Source of the DNA: the human T2T-CHM13v2.0 reference genome, Homo sapiens
Direction: 5' to 3' (one strand)
DNA: 64,000 nt
Assembly: GCF_009914755.1 (NCBI RefSeq)
Contig: NC_060944.1
Shown here: piece by piece, positions 12,601-26,800 of the stretch
Position numbering within the stretch: position 1 is the stretch's first letter
Layout of the letters: each line of letters starts with the position of its first letter
Made by a program: the position numbers and the translations under genes
Notes under the pieces: generated by a model
What the model saw: the letters and a program-made list of their open reading frames with translations, nothing else
Databases searched by the model: none
What the model was told of the DNA's origin: nothing

Positions 12601-15600
12601 AAAAGAGTGTTTCCAACCTACTGTATGAAAGCCAATGTTCAACTCCGTGACTTGAATGCAACCATCACAAGGAAGTTTCTGAGAATGCTTCTGTCTAGGT
12701 TTTATATGAAGATATTCCCGTTTCCAATGAAATCCTCAAAGCTATCCATATATCCACTTGGAGATTCTACAAAAAGAGTGTTTCAAAACTGCTCTATCAA
12801 AAGAAAGGTTCTACTCCGTCAGTTGAGGACACACATCACGAGTAAGTTTCTGACAATGCTTCTGTCTAGTTTTTATGGGAAGATATGTCCTTTTTCACCT
12901 TAGGCCGGAAAGCGCTCCAAAAGTCCAGTTACAGACACTACAAAAAGAGTGTTTCAAACCTGCTCTGTGAAAGGGAATGTTCAATTCTGTGACTTGAATG
13001 CAAACATCACAAAGAAGTTGCTGAGAATGCTGCTGTCTGCTTTTTATACCTTATCCCGTTTCCAACGAAATCCTCAAATCCAGCCAAATATCCACTTGCA
13101 GACTCCACAAAAAGAGTGTTTCAAAACTGTACTGTCAAAAGAAATGTTCAACTCTGTTAGTTGAGGACACACATCAGACACTAGCTTCTGAGAATGCTTC
13201 TGTCCAGATGTTACGGGAAGATATTTCCTTTTTCAACATAGGCCTGAAACCGCTTCAAATGTCCGCTTCCAGATACTGCAAAGAGAGTGTTTCAAACCTT
13301 CTCTACGAAAGGGCATGTTCTCCTCTGTGACGTCAATGCAAACATCCCAAAGAAGTTTCTGAGAATGCTTCTGTCTGGATTTTGTCTGAAGACAATCCCG
13401 TTTCCAACGAAATCCTCAAAGATATGCAAATATTCTCCTGCAGATTCTACAAAAAGAGTGTTTCAAAACTGCTCTATGAATAGAAAGGTTCGACTCTGTT
13501 AGTAGAGGGCACACATCACAAACAAGTTGCCGAGAATGCTTCTGTCTGGTTTTTATGGGAAGATATTTCCTTTTCCAACACAAGCCTGAATGCGCTCCAA
13601 ATGGACACTTCCAGATACGACAAAAGGAGTGTTTCAAACCTGTTCTGGGAAAGGGAACGTTCCATTCTGTGACTTGAATGCAAACATCACCAAGTAGTTT
13701 CTCAGAACGCTGCTGTCTGCTTTTTATATGTATTCCCGTTTCCAACGAAATCGTCAAAGCCAGCCAAATATCCACTTGCAGGTTCCACAGAAAGAGTGTT
13801 TCAAAACTGCTCTCTCAAAAGACATGTTCAACTCTGTCAGTTGAGGACACACATCACAAAGAAGTTTCTGAGAATGCTTCTGTCTAGTTTTTATGGGAAG
13901 ATATTTCCTTTTTCACCATAGGCCTCAAAGCGCTCCAAATGTCCACTTCCAGGGAATGGAAAAAGAGTGTTTCCAACCTGCTCTATGAAAGCCAATGTTC
14001 AACTCCGTGACTTGAATGCAACCATCACAAGGAAGTTTCTGAGAATGCTTCTGTCTAGGTTTTATATGAAGATATTCCCGTTTCCAACGAAATCCTCAAA
14101 CTATCCAAATATCCACTTGGAGATTCTACAAAAAGAGTGTTTCAAAACTGCTCTATCAAAAGAAAGGTTCTACTCCGTCAGTTGAGGACACACATCACGA
14201 GTAAGTTTCTGACAATGCTTCTGTCTAGTTTTTATGGGAAGATATGTCCTTTTTCACCTTAGGCCGGAAAGCGCTCCAAAAGTCCAGTTACAGACACTAC
14301 AAAAAGAGTGTTTCAAACCTGCTCTGTGAAAGGGAATGTTCAATTCTGTGACTTGAATGCAAACATCACAAAGAAGTTGCTGAGAATGCTGCTGTCTGCT
14401 TTTTATACCTTATCCCGTTTCCAACGAAATCCTCAAATCCAGCCAAATATCCACTTGCAGACTCCACAAAAAGAGTGTTTCAAAACTGTACTGTCAAAAG
14501 AAATGTTCAACTCTGTTAGTTGAGGACACACATCAGACACTAGCTTCTGAGAATGCTTCTGTCCAGTTGTTACGGGAAGATATTTCCTTTTTCAACATAG
14601 GCCTGAAACCGCTTCAAATGTCCGCTTCCAGATACTGCAAAGAGAGTGTTTCAAACCTTCTCTACGAAAGGGCATGTTCTCCTCTGTGACGTCAATGCAA
14701 ACATCCCAAAGAAGTTTCTGAGAATGCTTCTGTCTGGATTTTGTCTGAAGACAATCCCGTTTCCAACGAAATCCTCAAAGATATGCAAATATTCTCCTGC
14801 AGATTCTACAAAAAGAGTGTTTCAAAACTGCTCTATGAATAGAAAGGTTCGACTCTGTTAGTAGAGGGCACACATCACAAACAAGTTGCCGAGAATGCTT
14901 CTGTCTGGTTTTTATGGGAAGATATTTCCTTTTCCAACACAAGCCTGAATGCGCTCCAAATGGACACTTCCAGATACGACAAAAGGAGTGTTTCAAACCT
15001 GTTCTGGGAAAGGGAACGTTCCATTCTGTGACTTGAATGCAAACATCACCAAGTAGTTTCTCAGAACGCTGCTGTCTGCTTTTTATATGTATTCCCGTTT
15101 CCAACGAAATCGTCAAAGCCAGCCAAATATCCACTTGCAGGTTCCACAGAAAGAGTGTTTCAAAACTGCTCTCTCAAAAGACATGTTCAACTCTGTCAGT
15201 TGAGGACACACATCACAAAGAAGTTTCTGAGAATGCTTCTGTCTAGTTTTTATGGGAAGATATTTCCTTTTTCACCATAGGCCTCAAAGCGCTCCAAATG
15301 TCCACTTCCAGGGAATGGAAAAAGAGTGTTTCCAACCTGCTCTATGAAAGCCAATGTTCAACTCCGTGACTTGAATGCAACCATCACAAGGAAGTTTCTG
15401 AGAATGCTTCTGTCTAGGTTTTATATGAAGATATTCCCGTTTCCAACGAAATCCTCAAACTATCCAAATATCCACTTGGAGATTCTACAAAAAGAGTGTT
15501 TCAAAACTGCTCTATCAAAAGAAAGGTTCTACTCCGTCAGTTGAGGACACACATCACGAGTAAGTTTCTGACAATGCTTCTGTCTAGTTTTTATGGGAAG

Positions 15601-18600
15601 ATATGTCCTTTTTCACCTTAGGCCGGAAAGCGCTCCAAAAGTCCAGTTACAGACACTACAAAAAGAGTGTTTCAAACCTGCTCTGTGAAAGGGAATGTTC
15701 CATTCTGTGACTTGAATGCAAACATCACAAAGAAATTGCTGAGAATGCTGCTGTCTGCTTTTTATACCTTATCGCGTTTCCAACGAAATCCTTAAATCCA
15801 GCCAAATATCCACTTGCAGACTCCACAAAAAGAGTGTTTCAAAACTATACTCTCCAAAGAAATGTTCAACTCTGTTAGTTGAGGACACACATCAGAGACT
15901 AGCTTCTGAGAATGCTTCTGTCCAGTTGTTACGGGAAGATATTTCCTTTTTCAACATAGGCCTGAAACCGCTTCAAATGTCCACTTCCAGATACTGCAAA
16001 GAGAGTGTTTCAAACCTTCTCTACGAAAGGGCATGTTCTCCTCAGTGACGTCAATGCAAACATTCCAAAGAAGTTTCTGAGAATGCTTCTGTCTGGATTT
16101 TATCTGAAGACAATCCCGTTTCCAACGAAATCCTCAAAGATATGCAAATATGCTCCTGCAGATTCTACAAAAAGAGTGTTTCAAAACTGCTCTATGAATA
16201 GAAAGGTTCGACTCTGTTAGTAGAGGGCACACATCACAAACAAGTTGCCGAGAATGCTTCTGTCTGGTTTTTATGGGAAGATATTTCCTTTTCCAACACA
16301 AGCCTGAATGCGCTCCAAATGGACACTTCCAGATACGACAAAAGGAGTGTTTCAAACCTGTTCTGGGAAAGGGAACGTTCCCTTCTGTGACTTGAATGCA
16401 AACATCACCAAGTAGTTTCTCAGAACGCTGCTGTCTGCTTTTTATATGTATTCCCGTTTCCAACGAAATCGTCAAAGCCAGCCAAATATCCACTTGCAGG
16501 TTCCACAGAAAGAGTGTTTCAAAACTGCTCTCTCAAAAGACATGTTCAACTCTGTCAGTTGAGGACACACATCACAAAGAAGTTTCTGAGAATGCTTCTG
16601 TCTAGTTTTTATGGGAAGATATTTCCTTTTTCACCATAGGCCTCAAAGCGCTCCAAATGTCCACTTCCAGGGAATGGAAGAAGAGTGTTTCCAACCTGCT
16701 CTATGAAAGCCAATGTTCAACTCCGTGACTTGAATGCAACCATCACAAGGAAGTTTCTGAGAATGCTTCTGTCTAGGTTTTATATGAAGATATTCCCGTT
16801 TCCAACGAATTCCTCAAACTATCCAAATATCCACTTGGAGATTCTACAAAAAGAGTGTTTCAAAACTGCTCTATCAAAAGAAAGGTTCTACTCCGTCAGT
16901 TGAGGACACACATCACGAGTAAGTTTCTGACAATGCTTCTGTCTAGTTTTTATGGGAAGATATGTCCTTTTTCACCTTAGGCCGGAAAGCGCTCCAAAAG
17001 TCCAGTTACAGACACTACAAAAAGAGTGTTTCAAACCTGCTCTGTGAAAGGGAATGTTCCATTCTGTGACTTGAATGCAAACATCACAAAGAAATTGCTG
17101 AGAATGCTGCTGTCTGCTTTTTATACCTTATCGCCTTTCCAACGAAATCCTCAAATCCAGCCAAATATCCACTTGCAGACTCCACAAAAAGAGTGTTTCA
17201 AAACTATACTCTCCAAAGAAATGTTCAACTCTGTTAGTTGAGGACACACATCAGAGACTAGCTTCTGAGAATGCTTCTGTCCAGTTGTTACGGGAAGATA
17301 TTTCCTTTTTCAACATAGGCCTGAAACCGCTTCAAATGTCCACTTCCAGATACTGCAAAGAGAGTGTTTCAAACCTTCTCTACGAAAGGGCATGTTCTCC
17401 TCAGTGACGTCAATGCAAACATCCCAAAGAAGTTTCTGAGAATGCTTCTGTCTGGATTTTATCTGAAGACAATCCCGTTTCCAACGAAATCCTCAAAGCT
17501 ATGCAAATATGCTCCTGCAGATTCTACAAAAAGAGTGTTTCAAAACTGCTCTATGAAAAGAAAGGTTCGACTCTGTTAGTAGAGGGCACACATCACAAAC
17601 AAGTTGCCGAGAATGCTTCTGTCTGGTTTTTATGGGAAGATATTTCCTTTTCCAACACAAGCCTGAATGCGCTCCAAATGGACACTTCCAGATATGACAA
17701 AAGGAGTGTTTCAAACCTGTTCTGTGAAAGGGAACGTTCCATTCTGTGACTTGAATGCAAACATCACCAAGTAGTTTCTCAGAACGCTGCTGTCTGCTTT
17801 TTATATGTATTCCCGTTTCCAACGAAATCGTCAAAGCCAGCCAAATATCCACTTGCAGGTTCCACAGAAAGAGTGTTTCAAAACTGCTCTCTCAAAAGAC
17901 ATGTTCAACTCTGTCAGTTGAGGACACACATCACAAAGAAGTTTCTGAGAATGCTTCTGTCTAGTTTTTATGGGAAGATATTTCCTTTTTCACCATAGGC
18001 CTCAAAGCGCTCCAAATGTCCACTTCCAGGGAATGGAAAAAGAGTGTTTCCAACCTGCTCTATGAAAGCCAATGTTCAACTCCGTGACTTGAATGCAACC
18101 ATCACAAGGAAGTTTCTGAGAATGCTTCTGTCTAGGTTTTATATGAAGATATTCCCGTTTCCAACGAAATCCTCAAAGCTATCCAAATATCCACTTGGAG
18201 ATTCTACAAAAAGAGTGTTTCAAAACTGCTCTATCAAAAGAAAGGTTCTACTCCGTCAGTTGAGGACACACATCACGAGTAAGTTTCTGACAATGCTTCT
18301 GTCTAGTTTTTATGGGAAGATATGTCCTTTTTCACCTTAGGCCGGAAAGCGCTCCAAAAGTCCAGTTACAGACACTACAAAAAGAGTGTTTCAAACCTGC
18401 TCTGTGAAAGGGAATGTTCAATTCTGTGACTTGAATGCAAACATCACAAAGAAATTGCTGAGAATGCTGCTGTCTGCTTTTTATACCTTATCGCGTTTCC
18501 AACGAAATCCTTAAATCCAGCCAAATATCCACTTGCAGACTCCACAAAAAGAGTGTTTCAAAACTATACTCTCCAAAGAAATGTTCAACTCTGTTAGTTG

Positions 18601-21000
18601 AGGACACACATCAGAGACTAGCTTCTGAGAATGCTTCTGTCCAGTTGTTACGGGAAGATATTTCCTTTTTCAACATAGGCCTGAAACCGCTTCAAATGTC
18701 CACTTCCAGATACTGCAAAGAGAGTGTTTCAAACCTTCTCTACGAAAGGGCATGTTCTCCTCAGTGACGTCAATGCAAACATCCCAAAGAAGTTTCTGAG
18801 AATGCTTCTGTCTGGATTTTGTCTGAAGACAATCCCGTTTCCAAAGAAATCCTCAAAGATATGCAAATATGCTCCTGCAGATTCTACAAAAAGAGTGTTT
18901 CAAAACTGCTCTATGAATAGAAAGGTTCGACTCTGTTAGTAGAGGGCACACATCACAAACAAGTTGCCGAGAATGCTTCTGTCTGATTTTTATGGGAATA
19001 TATTTCCTTTTCCAACACAAGCCTGAATGCGCTCCAAATGGACACTTCCAGATACGACAAAAGGAGTGTTTCAAACCTGTTCTGTGAAAGGGAACGTTCC
19101 ATTCTGTGACTTGAATGCAAACATCACCAAGTAGTTTCTCAGAACGCTGCTGTCTGCTTTTTATATGTATTCCCGTTTCCAACGAAATCGTCAAAGCCAG
19201 CCAAATATCCACTTGCAGGTTCCACAGAAAGAGTGTTTCAAAACTGCTCTCTCAAAAGACATGTTCAACTCTGTCAGTTGAGGACACACATCACAATGAA
19301 GTTTCTGAGAATGCTTCTGTCTAGTTTTTATGGGAAGATATTTCCTTTTTCACCATAGGCCTCAAAGCGCTCCAAATGTCCACTTCCAGGGAATGGAAAA
19401 AGAGTGTTTCCAACCTACTGTATGAAAGCCAATGTTCAACTCCGTGACTTGAATGCAACCATCACAAGGAAGTTTCTGAGAATGCTTCTGTCTAGGTTTT
19501 ATATGAAGATATTCCCGTTTCCAATGAAATCCTCAAAGCTATCCAAATATCCACTTGGAGATTCTACAAAAAGAGTGTTTCAAAACTGCTCTATCAAAAG
19601 AAAGGTTCTACTCCGTCAGTTGAGGACACACATCACGAGTAAGTTTCTGACAATGCTTCTGTCTAGTTTTTATGGGAAGATATGTCCTTTTTCACCTTAG
19701 GCCGGAAAGCGCTCCAAAAGTCCAGTTACAGACACTACAAAAAGAGTGTTTCAAACCTGCTCTGTGAAAGGGAATGTTCAATTCTGTGACTTGAATGCAA
19801 ACATCACAAAGAAGTTGCTGAGAATGCTGCTGTCTGCTTTTTATACCTTATCCCGTTTCCAACGAAATCCTCAAATCCAGCCAAATATCCACTTGCAGAC
19901 TCCACAAAAAGAGTGTTTCAAAACTGTACTGTCAAAAGAAATGTTCAACTCTGTTAGTTGAGGACACACATCAGACACTAGCTTCTGAGAATGCTTCTGT
20001 CCAGTTGTTACGGGAAGATATTTCCTTTTTCAACATAGGCCTGAAACCGCTTCAAATGTCCGCTTCCAGATACTGCAAAGAGAGTGTTTCAAACCTTCTC
20101 TACGAAAGGGCATGTTCTCCTCTGTGACGTCAATGCAAACATCCCAAAGAAGTTTCTGAGAATGCTTCTGTCTGGATTTTGTCTGAAGACAATCCCGTTT
20201 CCAACGAAATCCTCAAAGATATGCAAATATTCTCCTGCAGATTCTACAAAAAGAGTGTTTCAAAACTGCTCTATGAATAGAAAGGTTCGACTCTGTTAGT
20301 AGAGGGCACACATCACAAACAAGTTGCCGAGAATGCTTCTGTCTGGTTTTTATGGGAAGATATTTCCTTTTCCAACACAAGCCTGAATGCGCTCCAAATG
20401 GACACTTCCAGATACGACAAAAGGAGTGTTTCAAACCTGTTCTGGGAAAGGGAACGTTCCATTCTGTGACTTGAATGCAAACATCACCAAGTAGTTTCTC
20501 AGAACGCTGCTGTCTGCTTTTTATATGTATTCCCGTTTCCAACGAAATCGTCAAAGCCAGCCAAATATCCACTTGCAGGTTCCACAGAAAGAGTGTTTCA
20601 AAACTGCTCTCTCAAAAGACATGTTCAACTCTGTCAGTTGAGGACACACATCACAAAGAAGTTTCTGAGAATGCTTCTGTCTAGTTTTTATGGGAAGATA
20701 TTTCCTTTTTCACCATAGGCCTCAAAGCGCTCCAAATGTCCACTTCCAGGGAATGGAAAAAGAGTGTTTCCAACCTGCTCTATGAAAGCCAATGTTCAAC
20801 TCCGTGACTTGAATGCAACCATCACAAGGAAGTTTCTGAGAATGCTTCTGTCTAGGTTTTATATGAAGATATTCCCGTTTCCAACGAAATCCTCAAACTA
20901 TCCAAATATCCACTTGGAGATTCTACAAAAAGAGTGTTTCAAAACTGCTCTATCAAAAGAAAGGTTCTACTCCGTCAGTTGAGGACACACATCACGAGTA
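6700..21000. repeat. About 2.5 copies of a 4-HOR (5,438 bp) sub-unit, one copy carrying an extra HOR (6,797 bp period)
   Basis: GGGAATATATTT at about 6760, 12197 and 18994. GAATTC at 10010 and 16807. AAAGCTATGC at about 10698 and 17495. Confidence 0.85.
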
Positions 21001-23899
21001 AGTTTCTGACAATGCTTCTGTCTAGTTTTTATGGGAAGATATGTCCTTTTTCACCTTAGGCCGGAAAGCGCTCCAAAAGTCCAGTTACAGACACTACAAA
21101 AAGAGTGTTTCAAACCTGCTCTGTGAAAGGGAATGTTCAATTCTGTGACTTGAATGCAAACATCACAAAGAAATTGCTGAGAATGCTGCTGTCTGCTTTT
21201 TATACCTTATCCCGTTTCCAACGAAATCCTCAAATCCAGCCAAATATCCACTTGCAGACTCCACAAAAAGAGTGTTTCAAAACTATACTCTCCAAAGAAA
21301 TGTTCAACTCTGTTAGTTGAGGACACACATCAGAGACTAGCTTCTGAGAATGCTTCTGTCCAGTTGTTACGGGAAGATATTTCCTTTTTCAACATAGGCC
21401 TGAAACCGCTTCAAATGTCCACTTCCAGATACTGCAAAGAGAGTGTTTCAAACCTTCTCTACGAAAGGGCATGTTCTCCTCAGTGACGTCAATGCAAACA
21501 TCCCAAAGAAGTTTCTGAGAATGCTTCTGTCTGGATTTTATCTGAAGACAATCCCGTTTCCAACGAAATCCTCAAAGCTATGCAAATATGCTCCTGCAGA
21601 TTCTACAAAAAGAGTGTTTCAAAACTGCTCTATGAAAAGAAAGGTTCGACTCTGTTAGTAGAGGGCACACATCACAAACAAGTTGCCGAGAATGCTTCTG
21701 TCTGGTTTTTATGGGAAGATATTTCCTTTTCCAACACAAGCCTGAATGCGCTCCAAATGGACACTTCCAGATATGACAAAAGGAGTGTTTCAAACCTGTT
21801 CTGTGAAAGGGAACGTTCCATTCTGTGACTTGAATGCAAACATCACCAAGTAGTTTCTCAGAACGCTGCTGTCTGCTTTTTATATGTATTAGCGTTTCCA
21901 ACGAAATCGTCAAAGCCAGCCAAATATCCACTTGCAGGTTCCACAGAAAGAGTGTTTCAAAACTGCTCTCTCAAAAGACATGTTCAACTCTGTCAGTTGA
22001 GGACACACATCACAAAGAAGTTTCTGAGAATGCTTCTGTCTAGTTTTTATGGGAAGATATTTCCTTTTTCACCATAGGCCTCAAAGCGCTCCAAATGTCC
22101 ACTTCCAGGGAATGGAAAAAGAGTGTTTCCAACCGGCTCTATGAAAGCCAATGTTCAACTCCGTGACTTGAATGCAACCATCACAAGGAAGTTTCTGAGA
22201 ATGCTTCTGTCTCGGTTTTATATGAAGATATTCCCGTTTCCAACGAAATCCTCAAAGCTATCCAAATATCCACTTGGAGATTCTACAAAAAGAGTGTTTC
22301 AAAACTGCTCTATCAAAAGAAAGGTTCTACTCCGTCAGTTGAGGACACACATCACGAGTAAGTTTCTGACAATGCTTCTGTCTAGTTTTTATGGGAAGAT
22401 ATGTCCTTTTTCACCTTAGGCCGGAAAGCGCTCCAAAAGTCCAGTTACAGACACTACAAAAAGAGTGTTTCAAACCTGCTCTGTGAAAGGGAATGTTCAA
22501 TTCTGTGACTTGAATGCAAACATCACAAAGAAATTGCTGAGAATGCTGCTGTCTGCTTTTTATACCTTATCGCGTTTCCAACGAAATCCTTAAATCCAGC
22601 CAAATATCCACTTGCAGACTCCACAAAAAGAGTGTTTCAAAACTATACTCTCCAAAGAAATGTTCAACTCTGTTAGTTGAGGACACACATCAGAGACTAG
22701 CTTCTGAGAATGCTTCTGTCCAGTTGTTACGGGAAGATATTTCCTTTTTCAACATAGGCCTGAAACCGCTTCAAATGTCCACTTCCAGATACTGCAAAGA
22801 GAGTGTTTCAAACCTTCTCTACGAAAGGGCATGTTCTCCTCAGTGACGTCAATGCAAACATCCCAAAGAAGTTTCTGAGAATGCTTCTGTCTGGATTTTA
22901 TCTGAAGACAATCCCGTTTCCAACGAAATCCTCAAAGCTATGCAAATATGCTCCTGCAGATTCTACAAAAAGAGTGTTTCAAAACTGCTCTATGAAAAGA
23001 AAGGTTCGACTCTGTTAGTAGAGGGCACACATCACAAACAAGTTGCCGAGAATGCTTCTGTCTGGTTTTTATGGGAAGATATTTCCTTTTCCAACACAAG
23101 CCTGAATGCGCTCCAAATGGACACTTCCAGATATGACAAAAGGAGTGTTTCAAACCTGTTCTGTGAAAGGGAACGTTCCATTCTGTGACTTGAATGCAAA
23201 CATCACCAAGTAGTTTCTCAGAACGCTGCTGTCTGCTTTTTATATGTATTCCCGTTTCCAACGAAATCGTCAAAGCCAGCCAAATATCCACTTGCAGGTT
23301 CCACAGAAAGAGTGTTTCAAAACTGCTCTCTCAAAAGACATGTTCAACTCTGTCAGTTGAGGACACACATCACAAAGAAGTTTCTGAGAATGCTTCTGTC
23401 TAGTTTTTATGGGAAGATATTTCCTTTTTCACCATAGGCCTCAAAGCGCTCCAAATGTCCACTTCCAGGGAATGGAAAAAGAGTGTTTCCAACCTGCTCT
23501 ATGAAAGCCAATGTTCAACTCCGTGACTTGAATGCAACCATCACAAGGAAGTTTCTGAGAATGCTTCTGTCTAGGTTTTATATGAAGATATTCCCGTTTC
23601 CAACGAAATCCTCAAAGCTATCCAAATATCCACTTGGAGATTCTACAAAAAGAGTGTTTCAAAACTGCTCTATCAAAAGAAAGGTTCTACTCCGTCAGTT
23701 GAGGACACACATCACGAGTAAGTTTCTGACAATGCTTCTGTCTAGTTTTTATGGGAAGATATGTCCTTTTTCACCTTAGGCCGGAAAGCGCTCCAAAAGT
23801 CCAGTTACAGACACTACAAAAAGAGTGTTTCAAACCTGCTCTGTGAAAGGGAATGTTCAATTCTGTGACTTGAATGCAAACATCACAAAGAAATTGCTG

Positions 23900-26800
23900 A
23901 GAATGCTTCTGTCTGCTTTTTATACCTTATCCCGTTTCCAACGAAATCCTCAAATCCAGCCAAATATCCACTTGCAGACTCCACAAAAAGAGTGTTTCAA
24001 AACTATACTCTCCAAAGAAATGTTCAACTCTGTTAGTTGAGGACACACATCAGAGACTAGCTTCTGAGAATGCTTCTGTCCAGTTGTTACGGGAAGATAT
24101 TTCCTTTTTCAACATAGGCCTGAAACTGCTTCAAATGTCCACTTCCAGATACTGCAAAGAGAGTGTTTCAAACCTTCTCTACGAAAGGGCATGTTCTCCT
24201 CAGTGACGTCAATGCAAACATCCCAAAGAAGTTTCTGAGAATGCTTCTGTCTGGATTTTATCTGAAGACAATCCCGTTTCCAACGAAATCCTCAAAGATA
24301 TGCAAATATGCTCCTGCAGATTCTACAAAAAGAGTGTTTCAAAACTGCTCTATGAATAGAAAGGTTCGACTCTGTTAGTAGAGGGCACACATCACAAACA
24401 AGTTGCCGAGAAGGCTTCTGTCTGGTTTTTATGGGAAGATATTTCCTTTTCCAACACAAGCCTGAATGCGCTCCAAATGGACACTTCCAGATACGACAAA
24501 AGGGGTGTTTCAAACCTGTTCTGGGAAAGGGAACGTTCCATTCTGTGACTTGAATGCAAACATCACCAAGTAGTTTCTCAGAACGCTGCTGTCTGCTTTT
24601 TATATGCATTCCCGTTTCCAACGAAATCGTCAAAGCCAGCCAAATATCCACTTGCAGGTTCCACAGAAAGAGTGTTTCAAAACTGCTCTCTCAAAAGACA
24701 TGTTCAACTCTGTCAGTTGAGGACACACATCACAAAGAAGTTTCTGAGAATGCTTCTGTCTAGTTTTTATGGGAAGATATTTCCTTTTTCACCATAGGCC
24801 TCAAAGTGCTCCAAATGTCCACTTCCAGGGAATGGAAAAAGAGTGTTTCCAACCTGCTCTATGAAAGCCAATGTTCAACTCCGTGACTTGAATGCAACCA
24901 TCACAAGGAAGTTTCTGAGAATGCTTCTGTCTAGGTTTTATATGAAGATATTCCCGTTTCCAACGAAATCCTCAAAGCTATCCAAATATCCACTTGGAGA
25001 TTCTACAAAAAGAGTGTTTCAAAACTGCTCTATCAAAAGAAAGGTTCTACTCCGTCAGTTGAGGACACACATCACGAGTAAGTTTCTGACAATGCTTCTG
25101 TCTAGTTTTTATGGGACGATAGGTCCTTTTTCACCTTAGGCCAGAAAGCGCTCCAAAAGTCCAGTTACAGACACTACAAAAAGAGTGTTTCAAACCTGCT
25201 CTGTGAAAGGGAATGTTCAATTCTGTGACTTGAATGCAAACATCACAAAGAAATTGCTGAGAATGCTTCTGTCTGCTTTTTATACCTTATCCCGTTTCCA
25301 ACGAAATCCTCAAATCCAGCCAAATATCCACTTGCAGACTCCACAAAAAGAGTGTTTCAAAACTATACTCTCCAAAGAAATGTTCAACTCTGTTAGTTGA
25401 GGACACACATCAGAGACTAGCTTCTGAGAATGCTTCTGTCCAGTTGTTACGGGAAGATATTTCCTTTTTCAACATAGGCCTGAAGCCGCTTCAAATGTCC
25501 ACTTCCAGATACTGCAAAGAGAGTGTTTCAAACCTTCTCTGCGAAAGTTCATGTTCTCCTCAGTGACGTCAATGCAAACATCCCAAAGAAGTTTCTGAGA
25601 ATGCTTCTGTCTGGATTTTATCTGAAGACAATCCCGTTTCCAACGAAATCCTCAAAGATATGCAAATATGCTCCTGCAGATTCTACAAAAAGAGTGTTTC
25701 AAAACTGCTCTATGAATAGAAAGGTTCGACTCTGTTAGTAGAGGGCACACATCACAAACAAGTTGCCGAGAAGGCTTCTGTCTGGTTTTTATGGGAAGAT
25801 ATTTCCTTTTCCAACACAAGCCTGAATGCGCTCCAAATGGACACTTCCAGATACGACAAAAGGAGTGTTTCAAACCTGTTCTGGGAAAGGGAACGTTCCA
25901 TTCTGTGACTTGAATGCAAACATCACCAAGTAGTTTCTCAGAACGCTGCTGTCTGCTTTTTATATGCATTCCCGTTTCCAACGAAATCGTCAAAGCCAGC
26001 CAAATATCCACTTGCAGGTTCCACAGAAAGAGTGTTTCAAAACTGCTCTCTCAAAAGACATGTTCAACTCTGTCAGTTGAGGACACACATCACAAAGAAG
26101 TTTCTGAGAATGCTTCTGTCTAGTTTTTATGGGAAGATATTTCCTTTTTCACCATGGGCCTCAAAGCGCTCCAAATGTCCACTTCCAGGGAATGGAAAAA
26201 GAGTGTTTCCAACCTGCTCTATGAAAGCCAATGTTCAACTCCGTGACTTGAATGCAACCATCACAAGGAAGTTTCTGAGAATGCTTCTGTCTAGGTTTTA
26301 TATGAAGATATTCCCGTTTCCAACGAAATCCTCAAAGCTATCCAAATATCCACTTGGAGATTCTACAAAAAGAGTGTTTCAAAACTGCTCTATCAAAAGA
26401 AAGGTTCTACTCCGTCAGTTGAGGACACACATCACGAGTAAGTTTCTGACAATGCTTCTGTCTAGTTTTTATGGGAAGATATGTCCTTTTTCACCTTAGG
26501 CCGGAAAGCGCTCCAAAAGTCCAGTTACAGACACTACAAAAAGAGTGTTTCAAACCTGCTCTGTGAAAGGGAATGTTCCATTCTGTGACTTGAATGCAAA
26601 CATCACAAAGAAATTGCTGAGAATGCTTCTGTCTGCTTTTTATACCTTATCCCGTTTCCAACGAAATCCTCAAATCCAGCCAAATATCCACTTGCAGACT
26701 CCACAAAAAGAGTGTTTCAAAACTATACTCTCCAAAGAAATGTTCAACTCTGTTAGTTGAGGACACACATCAGAGACTAGCTTCTGAGAATGCTTCTGTC

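Larger units (their letters stand above)
1..19129. repeat. Macro-repeat copy A (visible overlap part)
   Basis: Rare variants appear in the same order as in 43,512-64,000, e.g. CATGAGT 601, GAAATAATC 1173, 1-bp deletion near 1568, AAGCTT 4065, 1-bp deletion near 6124, GACCTG 7553, TCCATA 12745, CCAAAGAAA 18841. Confidence 0.95.
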
